A DNA stretch of 64,000 bases from Chloroflexota bacterium (GCA_022561385.1 JADFRG010000010.1:13135-77134), one strand, 5' to 3'. Shown: positions 29,233 to 39,519, counted from the stretch's first letter. Notes: generated by a model not told the origin, from the letters alone. Program-made: numbers and translations.

Positions 29233-30826
29233 CCGCGTGTCGGAAAACCTTCTTCGGATGCAACCCCTGAACATAGTGCTTGCAGGGCCTCCCGGCGCAG
29301 GCAAATCTGCCGTCGGGCGGCTGCTGGGAGAGCGCCTGAATCGCGAATTCGTGGACACCGATACGCTTGTGGAGCGGATGGCCGGAAAACCAATACACCA
29401 AATGTTTGAAGAGCAAGGTGAACCCGCGTTCCGGCAGATGGAGATCGAGGCCTGCCGACAGGTGGCAGAGCCGGCCGACCGCGTGATCGCTTGCGGAGGA
29501 GGCGCCTTGATGGACGCCGGCAGCCGGATCCTGATGGAGGCCGGCGGCACCCTCGTTTGTCTTACGGGTGAACCGGAGGTGCTCCTGGCCAGGCTGGGAA
29601 AGGACGGGTCTCGTCCACTCCTGGCAGGCGCGAGTCCGAGCGAGCGCCTGCAAGACTTGTTGGAGGCGCGCAAGGACACCTACGATTCGATACCGGCTCA
29701 GGTCGACACCACCAGCCTCTCGGTCGAGCAGGTTGCGGACCGGCTCGTAGAGCTCCCATTGGCGAAGCGGACGGTTCGAATGACGGCTAGCCGTCCGCGC
29801 CCGGGCTACGAGGTTTTGCTGGGGGAGCAATTGATCTCCAATCTGTCAGCGTTGCTGGAGCAGGCAGAGCTCTCGCCGCCCTACGTAGTCGTTTCAGACT
29901 CGAACGTCGCCCCACTGTACGAGGAAATCACACGCGCATCACTGGAATGTTCTTTTATCACGGTGCCCGCGGGGGAAAACCACAAGTCCCAGGAGACGTT
30001 ATATCAACTGTACACAACCTTCCTGGATTCCGGCGTGGATCGCAGCAGCACGGTGGTTGCCCTGGGCGGTGGAGTGGTGCTTGATCTGGCCGGCTTCGCG
30101 GCCGCGACCTACATGCGCGGAATTCGGTGGGCCGCCTTGCCTACGACCCTGCTGGCGGTTGTGGACGCCAGCCTTGGGGGTAAGGTCGGAATCAATCTCG
30201 CCGAGGGCAAGAACCTGATCGGCGCCTTCCATCCGCCCGGGGTCGTGCTGGCCGACCTGTCGACGTTAGCCACCCTACCCGAGGTTGAAGCGCGGACCGG
30301 GCTGGCCGAAATGATCAAGGCCGCGTTGATTGGCGACGCGGACCTTTTCACATCCATGGAATCGGGACCCACCTGGATCGGCCGCAGCTGGATCCATCGG
30401 GCAATACAGCTCAAGCTGACCATCGTGGACGAGGATCCGCAGGAGAGTGGACGGCGGGAGGCGCTCAACCTGGGTCATACGTTTGCCCACGCGCTGGAGG
30501 CCGCCAGCCGCTACCGTCTGCCTCACGGTCAGGCCGTCGCCATTGGATTGTTGGGCGCCACTCGGCTTGCTGGTGCCCTGGACCGCTGCGAGTCGACTCT
30601 GGAGGACCGCGTTCAGGAAGTGCTGCTTCGTTTTGGCCTACCGGTCCGCTTTTCCGGACTGGACACCGACCGCATACTCGATGCCATGAAACAGGACAAA
30701 AAGCGCAAGCAGGGGCGATCCCGGTTCGTAATTCCGATCCGTCCCGGTCGGGTCGAAAGCGGAATTGAGGCCCCTGAGGCGCTGATCCGTGACGTCGTGG
30801 ATGGATTGAGGGAAGGAACTCCATGA
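29207..30826 (+). CDS. Bifunctional shikimate kinase / 3-dehydroquinate synthase (AroK-AroB fusion)
   Basis: The N-terminal ~170 aa carry Walker A GPPGAGKS and FRQMEIEA (shikimate kinase). The C-terminal ~360 aa carry GGGVVLDLAGFAAATYMRGI and PTTLLAVVDASLGGKVGIN (DHQ synthase). The start is uncertain: ATG 29207, GTG 29237 or ATG 29258. Confidence 0.9.
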   Translation: MSPSSSGTSRVSENLLRMQPLNIVLAGPPGAGKSAVGRLLGERLNREFVDTDTLVERMAGKPIHQMFEEQGEPAFRQMEIEACRQVAEPADRVIACGGGALMDAGSRILMEAGGTLVCLTGEPEVLLARLGKDGSRPLLAGASPSERLQDLLEARKDTYDSIPAQVDTTSLSVEQVADRLVELPLAKRTVRMTASRPRPGYEVLLGEQLISNLSALLEQAELSPPYVVVSDSNVAPLYEEITRASLECSFITVPAGENHKSQETLYQLYTTFLDSGVDRSSTVVALGGGVVLDLAGFAAATYMRGIRWAALPTTLLAVVDASLGGKVGINLAEGKNLIGAFHPPGVVLADLSTLATLPEVEARTGLAEMIKAALIGDADLFTSMESGPTWIGRSWIHRAIQLKLTIVDEDPQESGRREALNLGHTFAHALEAASRYRLPHGQAVAIGLLGATRLAGALDRCESTLEDRVQEVLLRFGLPVRFSGLDTDRILDAMKQDKKRKQGRSRFVIPIRPGRVESGIEAPEALIRDVVDGLREGTP

Positions 30827-31290
30827 AACAAGTCCTGGTTCTACACGGTCCAAATCTGAACCTGCTGGGCGAGCGTGAGCCGGATCTTTACGGAACGCTT
30901 ACCCTTGCGCAGATCAACGATCGCGTCCAATCGGAAGCCGAACGGCTGGGAGTGAAAATCACGGTCGTCCAATCCAATCACGAAGGTGTGTTGATCGATG
31001 AGTTACATGCGGCCCGCGAGTGGGCCATCGGCGGAATCATCAATCCGGGCGGACTGTCACACACATCGGTTTCGCTTCGGGACGCCATCGCAGCCGTCGA
31101 ATATCCCGTGATCGAAGTCCACTTGTCCAACATCTACGCGCGCGAGCATTTCAGGCGGCGCTCGCTCACCGCGGCCGCGTGCTCTGGGGTCATATCGGGT
31201 CTGGGCTGGCAGGGTTACCTGATGGGTCTCCAGGCTATCGTTTCACAGAATGAAGAGGCTGCGACCGAGGATGGGAGCGAGACCGCCTAA
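30823..31290 (+). CDS. aroQ: 3-dehydroquinate dehydratase, type II
   Basis: 155 aa. Motifs: VLVLHGPNLNLLGEREPDLYG, NPGGLSHTSVSLRDA. The ATGA overlaps the upstream stop. Confidence 0.95.
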   Translation: MKQVLVLHGPNLNLLGEREPDLYGTLTLAQINDRVQSEAERLGVKITVVQSNHEGVLIDELHAAREWAIGGIINPGGLSHTSVSLRDAIAAVEYPVIEVHLSNIYAREHFRRRSLTAAACSGVISGLGWQGYLMGLQAIVSQNEEAATEDGSETA

Positions 31291-31401
31291 CAGGTCGGCG
31301 GCTCCAATCGGAAGCCGGAGCGTCAGACTGATTAAACTGCTTGTCGGCGATTTCCGGAGGCCTCATTCTGCACACATCGAAATGTCGGTGGCATGGATTG
31401 G

Positions 31402-31431
31402 TTGACAAACCTTCAATTCTTCTGATACTCT
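31402..31431 (+). promoter_or_regulatory. Promoter candidate upstream of lysC (TTGACA, then GATACT/TACTCT about 16-18 nt downstream)
   Basis: TTGACA lies at 31402-31407. The -10-like region cTGaTACTCT lies at 31422-31431. Confidence 0.4.
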
Positions 31432-31463
31432 CATCGAAATATCCAGAAGGTAGCAGACCGATA

Positions 31464-31553
31464 ATGATTTACGGACGCGATCGAGCGACGAGTACCGGCA
31501 CCGGATTGACTATGGGCATGACATTCAGCTCCCGGCAGATGGAGGGCGCTTAG
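31464..31553 (+). CDS. Candidate lysC-asd leader peptide, 29 aa: MIYGRDRATSTGTGLTMGMTFSSRQMEGA
   Basis: This is the 3' part of ORF-track entry 31341-31553, taken from the ATG downstream of the promoter-like hexamers. It has 5 Thr and 4 Met codons (aspartate-family products) and no Lys. SD support is weak (GAAGG 13 nt upstream). Confidence 0.35.
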   Translation: MIYGRDRATSTGTGLTMGMTFSSRQMEGA

Positions 31554-31586
31554 CCTAGTTAGACGGATAGATTTCAGAAAATAGGC

Positions 31587-31620
31587 AGGCCGCTCTCAAC
31601 CCGGGAGCGGCCTATTTTAT
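31587..31620 (+). terminator. Hairpin plus A/U-rich tract just upstream of lysC (attenuator, or the aro-operon terminator)
   Basis: AGGCCGCTC (31587-31595) pairs with GAGCGGCCT (31605-31613), a 9-bp stem with a 9-nt loop, followed by ATTTTATT. It ends about 16 nt before ATG 31636. Confidence 0.6.
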
Positions 31621-31635
31621 TGCTGCGAGCAGCCA

Positions 31636-33057
31636 ATGACCCTTGATGAAACGCGATTGAAAACCCTCACCATGAAATTCGGCGGGACTTCCTTAGGAAC
31701 CGCCGAGGCCATCATGCAATCCGCCGAAATTGCGAAGGCCGCCCGAGATCACACCGCGGACCGGATAGCCGTGGTCGCCTCGGCCATTCATGGGGTCACC
31801 GATGGGCTGCACGAGGCGACCAGTGCCGCCGCCGGAGGAGACGAGCGATATCTGCAGGTCATCGCGGAACTGAGGGATGTCCACCGTCGGTGCGCCGAGG
31901 CGCTGTTGGAGCAGGAGTCCAGAAATGCGGTGGCGGAAATCGACCAGCTCCTGGAGGGCTTCTCGGGGTTCTGCGAGAGCGTGCGGACGTTGGGCGAGGC
32001 CGGGCCGCGCGCGCTGGACCATGCGATGAGCCTGGGCGAGAAGATGAGCGTCATCCTTTTGGCGGCCTCCATGCGGCAGCTCGGAGTTGCGGCGATCGCG
32101 GTAGACGCCTCGGAGGTCATCGTTACCGACGATCGATTCCAGGACGCCGCGCCCGACTTGGAAGCCACGCGGCAAAAGGCAACTGCAACCCTGATACCCG
32201 TTCTCGAACGCGGCGAGACGCCGGTGATCACCGGTTTCATCGGAGCCACACGCGAGGGCGTAACAACGACCCTGGGGCGCGGCGGGTCTGATTTCAGCGC
32301 AGGCTTGATCGCGGCATGCCTGGACAGCGATGAACTGTGGATATGGACCGACGTGGATGGCGTAATGACCGCCGATCCGAAGGTTGTGGACTCGGCCCGG
32401 ACGATTGCGACACTGGGCTACGAGGAGGTTCGGGAACTATCTTATTTCGGTGCCAAGGTGCTGCACCCGAAAACCATACAATCCGTATTCGAGACCGAAA
32501 TTCCGATACGTGTGAAAAATACGTTTGACCCATCCCACCCCGGGACCTTGATCGTTCCCAATCCGGAGGAAAGCAACGGTGCAATCAAGGCCGTTACCGC
32601 GGTGCGAAATGTGAGTCTCATCACGGTCGAGGGCAAAGGCATGATGGGCGTCCCAGGAATCGCGGCTCGAACATTCGAGGCCGTGGCCAGCACCGGAGCC
32701 AGCGTTCTGCTCATCTCGCAGGCCTCGTCGGAGCAAAGCATCACCTTTGCCGTTCCCAGGACAAACGCCTCCACCGCGGTCGAAGCTCTGGAGTCGGAAT
32801 TTGAGCGGGTGCTCAGCCGAGGGAATATCGACCGAATATGGGCTCAAGATGACATCACAATTGTCACTGTTGTCGGGAGTCGCATGCGGGAAACCGCCGG
32901 AGTGGCCGGTCGGGTCTTCACCGCCACAGGACTGCGGGGCATCAATGTGGTCGCCATCGCGCAAGGGTCGTCCGAGTGCAGCATCTCGCTGGTGGTTCGG
33001 GATCGTGATGGCGACGATGCGGTACGCGCCATCCACGAACTGGTTATTGAAGGATGA
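31636..33057 (+). CDS. lysC: Aspartate kinase (monofunctional, two C-terminal ACT domains)
   Basis: 473 aa with the KFGGTSLG motif, the amino-acid kinase fold pattern and two ACT-like repeats (VSLITVEGKGMMGVPGIAAR..., ITIVTVVGSRMRETAGVAGR...). The start could also be ATG 31672. Confidence 0.9.
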   Translation: MTLDETRLKTLTMKFGGTSLGTAEAIMQSAEIAKAARDHTADRIAVVASAIHGVTDGLHEATSAAAGGDERYLQVIAELRDVHRRCAEALLEQESRNAVAEIDQLLEGFSGFCESVRTLGEAGPRALDHAMSLGEKMSVILLAASMRQLGVAAIAVDASEVIVTDDRFQDAAPDLEATRQKATATLIPVLERGETPVITGFIGATREGVTTTLGRGGSDFSAGLIAACLDSDELWIWTDVDGVMTADPKVVDSARTIATLGYEEVRELSYFGAKVLHPKTIQSVFETEIPIRVKNTFDPSHPGTLIVPNPEESNGAIKAVTAVRNVSLITVEGKGMMGVPGIAARTFEAVASTGASVLLISQASSEQSITFAVPRTNASTAVEALESEFERVLSRGNIDRIWAQDDITIVTVVGSRMRETAGVAGRVFTATGLRGINVVAIAQGSSECSISLVVRDRDGDDAVRAIHELVIEG

Positions 33058-33115
33058 TGGGCAGCCAACCAGTCCGAGAGCGGTTTAGGGATCTAGAGAG
33101 AGGTGGAGAGAACCT

Positions 33116-34189
33116 ATGACTGAAAAAATTCCGGTGGCTGTGCTGGGGGGCACAGGCGCAGTCGGCCAGCGTTTCGTCAGCCTGCTGGCGGATCATCCCT
33201 GGTTTGAAATCGTTTCTGTTACCGGATCTAAACGCAGCGAAGGACGGCAATACGGTGAGGCCGTAAGGTGGCATTTGTCAACTGAGATTCCACCGATGGT
33301 GCGAGAGATGCAGGTGGACCGCGGCGATGAAGGTCCGAAAGGCGCGCAGCTATTGTTCTCGGCGCTGCCGGCCCGAGTGGCGCTAGAAACTGAGCCCCAA
33401 CTGGCAGAGGAGGGTTACATCGTGTGTTCAAACGCCTCCTCGCACCGCATGGGAACCGACATCCCGCTGCTCATCCCCGAGATCAATGCCGACCACCTCA
33501 CGCTCATAGAGCGCCAGCGTGATCTCCGCGGATGGTCGGGATTGATCGTGACCAGCCCGAACTGCTCGGCCACCGGAATCGTCTTCCCGCTCAAAGCACT
33601 GGATGACGCTTTTGGGGTGAGCCAGGTGCATGCCGTGACGATGAACGCCATCAGCGGCGCCGGCTATCCAGGCGTTGCGTCGATAGAGATATATGACAAC
33701 GTCATCCCGTACATCCGGGATGAGGAAGTGAAAATCGCAGAGGAGACAAGAAAGCTGCTCGGGCGGCTCAGCGGGGAGACTATCGAGCCCGCGGAAATGG
33801 CTGTCAGTGCTCAAGCAAACCGTGTTCCGGTGATGGACGGACACCTGGCGGCGCTTTCGATCGGGCTGAAAAAGGCCACCGATGTGGAAGGTGTGGAGGC
33901 CACTCTCGCGGCGTTCGGCGGAGTGGAGGGCCTCCCCAGCGCCCCCTCCCACCCACTTATCGTGCGTTCCGAGGAGAACCGCCCTCAGCCGCGCCTCGAT
34001 CGCGAGGCTCAAGACGGCATGGCGGTTTCGGTCGGACGGGTGCAGCCCTGCTCCGTGCTCGATTTTCGGATGGTCACCCTGGTTCACAACACGGTGCGTG
34101 GCGCCGCAGGCGGGGCGCTCCTGAACGCTGAATTGCTGGTGGCGGAGGGCTATTTAGGCGAAGCGGCCCGGGAGCTCGCGTCCGCTTGA
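33116..34189 (+). CDS. asd: Aspartate-semialdehyde dehydrogenase
   Basis: 357 aa. It has the VAVLGGTGAVGQRF Rossmann motif and the active-site SPNCSATG. GGTGGAGAG lies upstream. Confidence 0.95.
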   Translation: MTEKIPVAVLGGTGAVGQRFVSLLADHPWFEIVSVTGSKRSEGRQYGEAVRWHLSTEIPPMVREMQVDRGDEGPKGAQLLFSALPARVALETEPQLAEEGYIVCSNASSHRMGTDIPLLIPEINADHLTLIERQRDLRGWSGLIVTSPNCSATGIVFPLKALDDAFGVSQVHAVTMNAISGAGYPGVASIEIYDNVIPYIRDEEVKIAEETRKLLGRLSGETIEPAEMAVSAQANRVPVMDGHLAALSIGLKKATDVEGVEATLAAFGGVEGLPSAPSHPLIVRSEENRPQPRLDREAQDGMAVSVGRVQPCSVLDFRMVTLVHNTVRGAAGGALLNAELLVAEGYLGEAARELASA

Positions 34190-34331
34190 CCCGAGTGTAT
34201 AGAACCGCGGCCTGTTTGCGAAATACGACCGCATCCAACGATCCAGTCAGGCTTTCCAGCGTACCCTGGATTGGATCTTACGACGGGTCATGCGTTCCGG
34301 GGATTTCTTGGACAGGATTGCGGGGATCTGA

Positions 34332-35153
34332 TCAAGCGTTCCAGCGATGCCTTGGATAGGATCCAAGGATCCGGAAGAAACTAGCGTTGGCTTTGAGTTC
34401 CTCCAGCGCCTGGGATACCTCTTCCTGGTCGGGCGATCCGGCGTGGTCCAGATAGAAGTTGTACTCCCATGGCCTGCCTACCAGCGGCCGCGATTCGATC
34501 TTGGTCAGGTCGATTCCGCGGCTGGCAAAGGAGGCCAGGGCTTCATACAGCGCCCCGGCGTGATTCCCAAGCGTAAACGCGATCGAGGTTTTCGCATCCG
34601 GGCCCGGCTCGACCATTTCGGTACCAAGCACCAGGAAGCGCGTGAAGTTGGCCGGATCATCTTCAATTCCCTCCGCCAGGACGTGCATTCCATACACCTC
34701 CGCCGCCCGCTGCGATGCAATTGCGGCCGCGTCCCGTTGTTTGCCCTCCGCAAGCATACGGGCGCTACCCGCGGTGTCGTAGGTTGAAACGACCTCGACC
34801 TCGGAGAGGTCGGCAAGAAATCGCTCGCACTGAGCCAGCGCCTGGGGATGCGACATCACGCGCCGAATCTCAGTCAATTCCACGCCTGGAAGGGCGAGCA
34901 GACAATGCTCGATGCGATGATGATATTCGCCGATGATGGTCAGATCATGTCGAAGCAGGAGATCGAAGTTTCGGTGGATACTGCCCGCCAGCGAATTCTC
35001 GATCGGAATCAGGCCGAGATCCGCCTCCCCGCGTTCGACGGAGAGAAAAACAGATTCAAAAGTGGTGCGGGGCAATGTTTCGGCACTCTCGCCGTAAATC
35101 GCCAGCGCTGCGGCTTCGCTGTAAGCGCCTGATTCCCCTTGAAATGCTATCAT
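34332..35153 (-). CDS. pheA: Prephenate dehydratase with a C-terminal ACT domain
   Basis: 273 aa. It has the [13 protein letters not shown]-terminus and the TKIESRPL (ESRP) motif. It starts 10 nt after the ilvE stop. Confidence 0.9.
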   Translation of the reverse strand: MIAFQGESGAYSEAAALAIYGESAETLPRTTFESVFLSVERGEADLGLIPIENSLAGSIHRNFDLLLRHDLTIIGEYHHRIEHCLLALPGVELTEIRRVMSHPQALAQCERFLADLSEVEVVSTYDTAGSARMLAEGKQRDAAAIASQRAAEVYGMHVLAEGIEDDPANFTRFLVLGTEMVEPGPDAKTSIAFTLGNHAGALYEALASFASRGIDLTKIESRPLVGRPWEYNFYLDHAGSPDQEEVSQALEELKANASFFRILGSYPRHRWNA

Positions 35154-35163
35154 TGGGCTCGGA

Positions 35164-36105
35164 TCAGGCCTTCAAGGGTTCTTCCGCCTTCACGGGGTCC
35201 AGCCACTCCGCGGAGCGTTCCCCTGCGCCTCGTACCACGTCAAAGAATGCCTGCTGTATGGCTTGGGTCGCCGGGCCCCTTCGACCCTCGCCAATAGTGC
35301 GGAAATCAAGCTCCCGAACCGGAGTAACCTCCGCCGCCGTCCCGCACACGAAAACTTCGTCTGCGATGTATATTTGATCACGAGAAATCGGCTCCTCAAC
35401 CACCGTGTACCCCAAATCCGTGGCCAATGTCATCACAGAGTCGCGTGTGATTCCCTCAAGGATTGTGGCGCGTGGGGTCGTGTATATCACCCCCGCCCGC
35501 ACCAGGAACAAGTTCTCCCCGCTGCATTCGGCCACAAATCCTTGAGGATCCAACATGACCGCCTCGTCGAAACCCGAGCGCTTGGCGAGTGTTTTGGCCA
35601 GAACCGAGTTAGCGTAGTTGGCCGTGATCTTGGCCTTGGTCATTGAAACGTTGGGGTGATGGCGAGTGAAAGAGGAAACCGCCATTTTGACCCCCTTCTC
35701 GAGTGCCGCCTCGCCTAGATAAGTCCCCCATTCCCAGGCTGCGATACCTACCGAGGGGCGCTGATCGTCAAGATTTAATCCGAGCGGGCCCTCCGCCATA
35801 TACATGAGTGGCCGCACATAACAGTCGCTGAGATCATTGGCAAGGATGGTCGCGTGAACCGCGCCGCGCAAGGTTGGCAGATCGTACTTAAAATCTAGCA
35901 CTCCTAACACGTGGATCGAATCGAGAAATCGCTTGAGATGATCTTCCAGGCGAAAGACTGCCGGCCCGCTGGGCGTCTCATAACACCGGATACCCTCGAA
36001 GACGCCCAGCCCATAATGAAGGGCGGGTGCCATGAAGGGGACAGTGGCCTCTTCACTTGGCAACATCTCGCCGTCCATCCAGATGTATTTCGCCTTTGCT
36101 CCCAT
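35164..36105 (-). CDS. ilvE: Branched-chain amino acid aminotransferase (class IV)
   Basis: 313 aa with the class IV PLP aminotransferase pattern ([31 protein letters not shown]). Confidence 0.9.
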   Translation of the reverse strand: MGAKAKYIWMDGEMLPSEEATVPFMAPALHYGLGVFEGIRCYETPSGPAVFRLEDHLKRFLDSIHVLGVLDFKYDLPTLRGAVHATILANDLSDCYVRPLMYMAEGPLGLNLDDQRPSVGIAAWEWGTYLGEAALEKGVKMAVSSFTRHHPNVSMTKAKITANYANSVLAKTLAKRSGFDEAVMLDPQGFVAECSGENLFLVRAGVIYTTPRATILEGITRDSVMTLATDLGYTVVEEPISRDQIYIADEVFVCGTAAEVTPVRELDFRTIGEGRRGPATQAIQQAFFDVVRGAGERSAEWLDPVKAEEPLKA

Positions 36106-36152
36106 ATGTGAACCCCTCTTTCAGTTGCGGCGGTTTGACATGCGAAATCAAA

Positions 36153-37247
36153 TCAGTGCGGCCCTTCGGTTGTTATTCTCGACTTGAGCCGGTCAACCAC
36201 CGCCTCTCCCATCTCCTCCGTGGTTTGGGAATCATTGGTTGTGAGGTCGGCGGTCCTTGCGCCATCCGCGATGGCCTGCTGAACGGCTTGTTCGACCGCC
36301 ACCGCTTCCGGTTCCAATGCGAGCGAGTGGCGCAGCAGCATGGCAACGCTCAAGATCGTCCCAATTGGATTGGCAATTCCCTGCCCGGCGATGTCGGGCG
36401 CGGATCCATGAATCGGCTCGTATACGCCCAAAGTGCCCTCACCGATCGAGGCGCTGGGCAACATTCCGAGTGACCCGGTCAGAACCGAGGCCTCGTCGCT
36501 TAGGATGTCGCCAAACATGTTCTCGGTTACCAGTACATCGAAATGCCGCGGATCCGCGATCAGCCGCATGGCCGCCGAATCGACCAGTTGATGCTCCAGG
36601 CGCACGTTTGGAAACGAATGGGCTTCTTCCTGCGCCACCTGGCGCCACAATCGAGAAGTCTCGAGCACGTTGGCCTTGTCCACCGATGTCAGATGTGCCC
36701 GCCGCGGCTCGGCCAGCTGAAATGCCAGACGAACCACCCGGCGGATTTCATGCTCATGGTATTCCAACGTATCTACCGCTCTGCGCTTGCCATCGATCGT
36801 CTCTAACAAGCGCGGCTCGCCAAAGTACAAGCCGCCAGTCAGCTCACGTACGATGAGAATGTCCACATCCTTTACGAGCTCCGGCCGGAGCGGCGAGGCG
36901 TCCACTAACTCCGGAATCAGGCGCACGGGTCGTAGATTGGCATAAAGCTGGAGGCCCTGTCGCAGACCGAGCAGCCCCTGCTCAGGCCGAACTTTGGCTT
37001 GCGGGTCGTCCCACTTCGGGCCGCCCACCGCACCCAGCAGCACCGCCGCCGCGGATCGGCAAGCCTCGAGCGTGGGTTCAGGCAGGGGATCACCTGTTTC
37101 ATCGATAGCGACACCCCCAATCGGCCGCTCCTCGAAGGCAAACTGGTGGCCATAAGCAGCCGCTACCGCCTCCAATACTTTGCGTCCTTCACTTACAACT
37201 TCCGGACCGACTCCGTCGCCTGGAAGCAGTACGATTTTAGCCTCCAT
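36153..37247 (-). CDS. leuB: 3-isopropylmalate dehydrogenase
   Basis: Motifs: [34 protein letters not shown]. The start is taken at ATG 37247 (GGAAGGA upstream); the ORF-track start at 37250 is TTG. Confidence 0.95.
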   Translation of the reverse strand: MEAKIVLLPGDGVGPEVVSEGRKVLEAVAAAYGHQFAFEERPIGGVAIDETGDPLPEPTLEACRSAAAVLLGAVGGPKWDDPQAKVRPEQGLLGLRQGLQLYANLRPVRLIPELVDASPLRPELVKDVDILIVRELTGGLYFGEPRLLETIDGKRRAVDTLEYHEHEIRRVVRLAFQLAEPRRAHLTSVDKANVLETSRLWRQVAQEEAHSFPNVRLEHQLVDSAAMRLIADPRHFDVLVTENMFGDILSDEASVLTGSLGMLPSASIGEGTLGVYEPIHGSAPDIAGQGIANPIGTILSVAMLLRHSLALEPEAVAVEQAVQQAIADGARTADLTTNDSQTTEEMGEAVVDRLKSRITTEGPH

Positions 37248-37370
37248 CAATTCCTTCCGTTTCCAAATGGGCGGCGAACCGCTCTGGGCTCGGCTGCGGA
37301 CCCTCTTATGTTATTGACCTCAATCGTTTGGAAAATCGCTCGCGGCCGGCAGGCTTGATCCTTAAAGCAA

Positions 37371-38939
37371 TCAGTTCGCCAGGGTCAGGCCGTAGTCGAT
37401 GCTGTCGACCAGTGCCTGCCAGGAGGCCTCGATGATATTCGCTGAGGCGCCCACCGTGCTCCATTCTTGGCTTCCATTTCGGCTATCGATGAGAACGCGA
37501 GTGGTGGCCCCGGTCCCTTTTTGGCCATCCACAATCCGCACCTTGTAATCGACCAATTGAAACGAATTCACAGCCGGATAGATGGGTGTAAGGGCCTTGC
37601 GCAGGGCCGCGTCGAGCGCGTTCACCGGCCCATTGCCCTCGGCCGCGGTGTGAATCACCTCGCCCTCTACCCTTACTTTGACCGTCGCCTCGGCGAATGT
37701 GCCCCGACCGCTCCGATTTTCGACCACCACCGCGTAATCGATCAGTTCGAAAGGGGCCTTGTAGTCCGCGGATTGGCGCTTCAGGAGCATGGCCACCGAG
37801 GCCTCCGCAGCCTCAAACGAAAACCCCTGGGCTTCCAATTCCTTGAGCCGGTCGAGCACTTTCGGCATGTCGACACTTTCGTCCAGCTGGAGGCCCAGCT
37901 CCTCCGCCTTGCTCAGTAGATTTCCCCGGCCAGACAGCTCACTTACAACCACCCGCATCTGGTTGCCAACCTCAGCCGGGTCGATGTGCTGGTATGAGTC
38001 CGCGTGCCGGCGCATGGCGGCCACATGGATGCCGCCTTTGTGGGCGAAGGCGCTGGTTCCCACATACGCCATGTGTTCATCCTGGGGCAGGTTGGCTACA
38101 TCCGATACGAAGCGTGAGACCTCGGCAAGGTCCTTGAGCTTCCCCTGAGGCAGACATCGCAGACCCATCTTGAGCTCCAGATCTGGGATGATCGCGCACA
38201 AATTTGCATTACCGCATCGCTCCCCGTAACCGTTGATGGTGCCTTGAACATGGACCACCCCGGCTTGCACCGCCGCCAGGCTGTTGGCCACGCCGCATTC
38301 CGAGTCGTTGTGTGTATGAATACCCACCGGGAAAGCCAGCTCTTCAACAACTTCACCAACGATCTCCCCGACTTCCCAGGGCATGGAACCGCCGTTAGTG
38401 TCGCAGAGCACAACAATCTCCGCGCCCCCCGCAACGGCAGCTTTGAGGGTCTCGACCGCGTAGATTGGATCGTCTTTGTAGCCATCGAAGAAGTGCTCCG
38501 CGTCGTAGATTACGCGTCGGTCCCGGGACATCAAGAAGGCCACGCTCTCCTCGATCATCAACAGGTTTTGTTCCTGCGTGGTCCTAAGCACTTCGGTCAC
38601 GTGCAGCTTCGAGGATTTACCGACCACGGTGCAGACCGGAGTCCCCGCATCCAGCAAGGCCTTTAGGTTAGGGTCCTCTTCCGGGGCATTGCCGGCCCGC
38701 CGGGTCGAGCCGAAAGCCGCGATCTGCGCGTACTCCCAGTCCATGTCCCTGGCGCGATCAAAAAATTCGGCGTCCTTTGGATTCGAACCCGGCCACCCTC
38801 CTTCGATGAAAGCAACCCCCAGGCGATCCAGCTTGGAGGCGATGCGCAGCTTGTCGTCGCAGGACAGCGAGATCCCTTCCCGTTGTGTACCGTCTCGCAG
38901 CGTCGTGTCATAAATTTGAATCGTCTCAGGACCCGTCAT
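37371..38939 (-). CDS. cimA: Citramalate synthase (LeuA-related, CimA clade)
   Basis: IQIYDTTLRDGTQREGISLS...IEGGWPGSNPKDAEFF is the pattern typical of the CimA-type branch rather than LeuA, and a C-terminal LeuA-dimer regulatory domain is present. The start is chosen at ATG 38939, overlapping the leuD 3' end. Confidence 0.85.
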   Translation of the reverse strand: MTGPETIQIYDTTLRDGTQREGISLSCDDKLRIASKLDRLGVAFIEGGWPGSNPKDAEFFDRARDMDWEYAQIAAFGSTRRAGNAPEEDPNLKALLDAGTPVCTVVGKSSKLHVTEVLRTTQEQNLLMIEESVAFLMSRDRRVIYDAEHFFDGYKDDPIYAVETLKAAVAGGAEIVVLCDTNGGSMPWEVGEIVGEVVEELAFPVGIHTHNDSECGVANSLAAVQAGVVHVQGTINGYGERCGNANLCAIIPDLELKMGLRCLPQGKLKDLAEVSRFVSDVANLPQDEHMAYVGTSAFAHKGGIHVAAMRRHADSYQHIDPAEVGNQMRVVVSELSGRGNLLSKAEELGLQLDESVDMPKVLDRLKELEAQGFSFEAAEASVAMLLKRQSADYKAPFELIDYAVVVENRSGRGTFAEATVKVRVEGEVIHTAAEGNGPVNALDAALRKALTPIYPAVNSFQLVDYKVRIVDGQKGTGATTRVLIDSRNGSQEWSTVGASANIIEASWQALVDSIDYGLTLAN

Positions 38940-39519
38940 GGCTGGCCTCGTATGCGGCGATTTTCCCTTCCATAGAGAGCAAGTACCCGAGTTGGTCAAC
39001 CCCCTCCAGGAGCGAGAGCTTGGCGAAGGGATCCATCGGAAAATTTACGGCATGTCCATTGCCGAATGAAACCGTCTGCGAGACGAGGTCGATGGTCACC
39101 TCTGCTTGAGGATCCTGGGCCACAATGCCGAAGAGCTCTTTATGTGCCTCGGCCTCGACAATCACCGGAAGCAACCCATTCTTGAGCGAATTGTTGCGAA
39201 AGATGTCGGCAAAAGAAGTTGAAATCACGGCCCGCACTCCCCAATCCATGAGCGCCCACGGCGCATGTTCGCGGGAGGAACCGCATCCAAAATTGCTGCC
39301 TGCAAGTAGGATTTGAGCGCCCTGGACCTCCGGCCGATTGAGCACGAACTCGGGATTGGGCGAGCCATCCGCCAAATTCCGCCAGTCTTCGAAGAGATGC
39401 TCTCCGAGTCCTAATTTGTCGATCACCGTGAGGAAGCGCGCCGGGATGATCTGATCCGTGTCGACGTCTTTTTCCGCCAGCGGAACCACGTGCGAGGTGA
39501 GTTTTCTAAATTTCTCCAT
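38926..39519 (-). CDS. leuD: 3-isopropylmalate dehydratase small subunit
   Basis: 197 aa with the aconitase swivel-domain pattern (GSNFGCGSSREHAPWAL). Confidence 0.95.
   Translation of the reverse strand: MEKFRKLTSHVVPLAEKDVDTDQIIPARFLTVIDKLGLGEHLFEDWRNLADGSPNPEFVLNRPEVQGAQILLAGSNFGCGSSREHAPWALMDWGVRAVISTSFADIFRNNSLKNGLLPVIVEAEAHKELFGIVAQDPQAEVTIDLVSQTVSFGNGHAVNFPMDPFAKLSLLEGVDQLGYLLSMEGKIAAYEASHDGS

Noticed and set aside
31437-31635. Lysine (L-box) riboswitch upstream of aspartate kinase.
   Set aside because: This is a common arrangement in Firmicutes, so I looked for the conserved L-box elements (AGAGGCGC 5' strand, GAAAGGGG, GCCGAAG, closing GGAG.GCT). Only loose resemblances appear (GAGCGACGAGTA, ATGGAGGGCGCT), and no complementary P1 strand. 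I cannot support it by eye. A covariance-model scan would settle the question.
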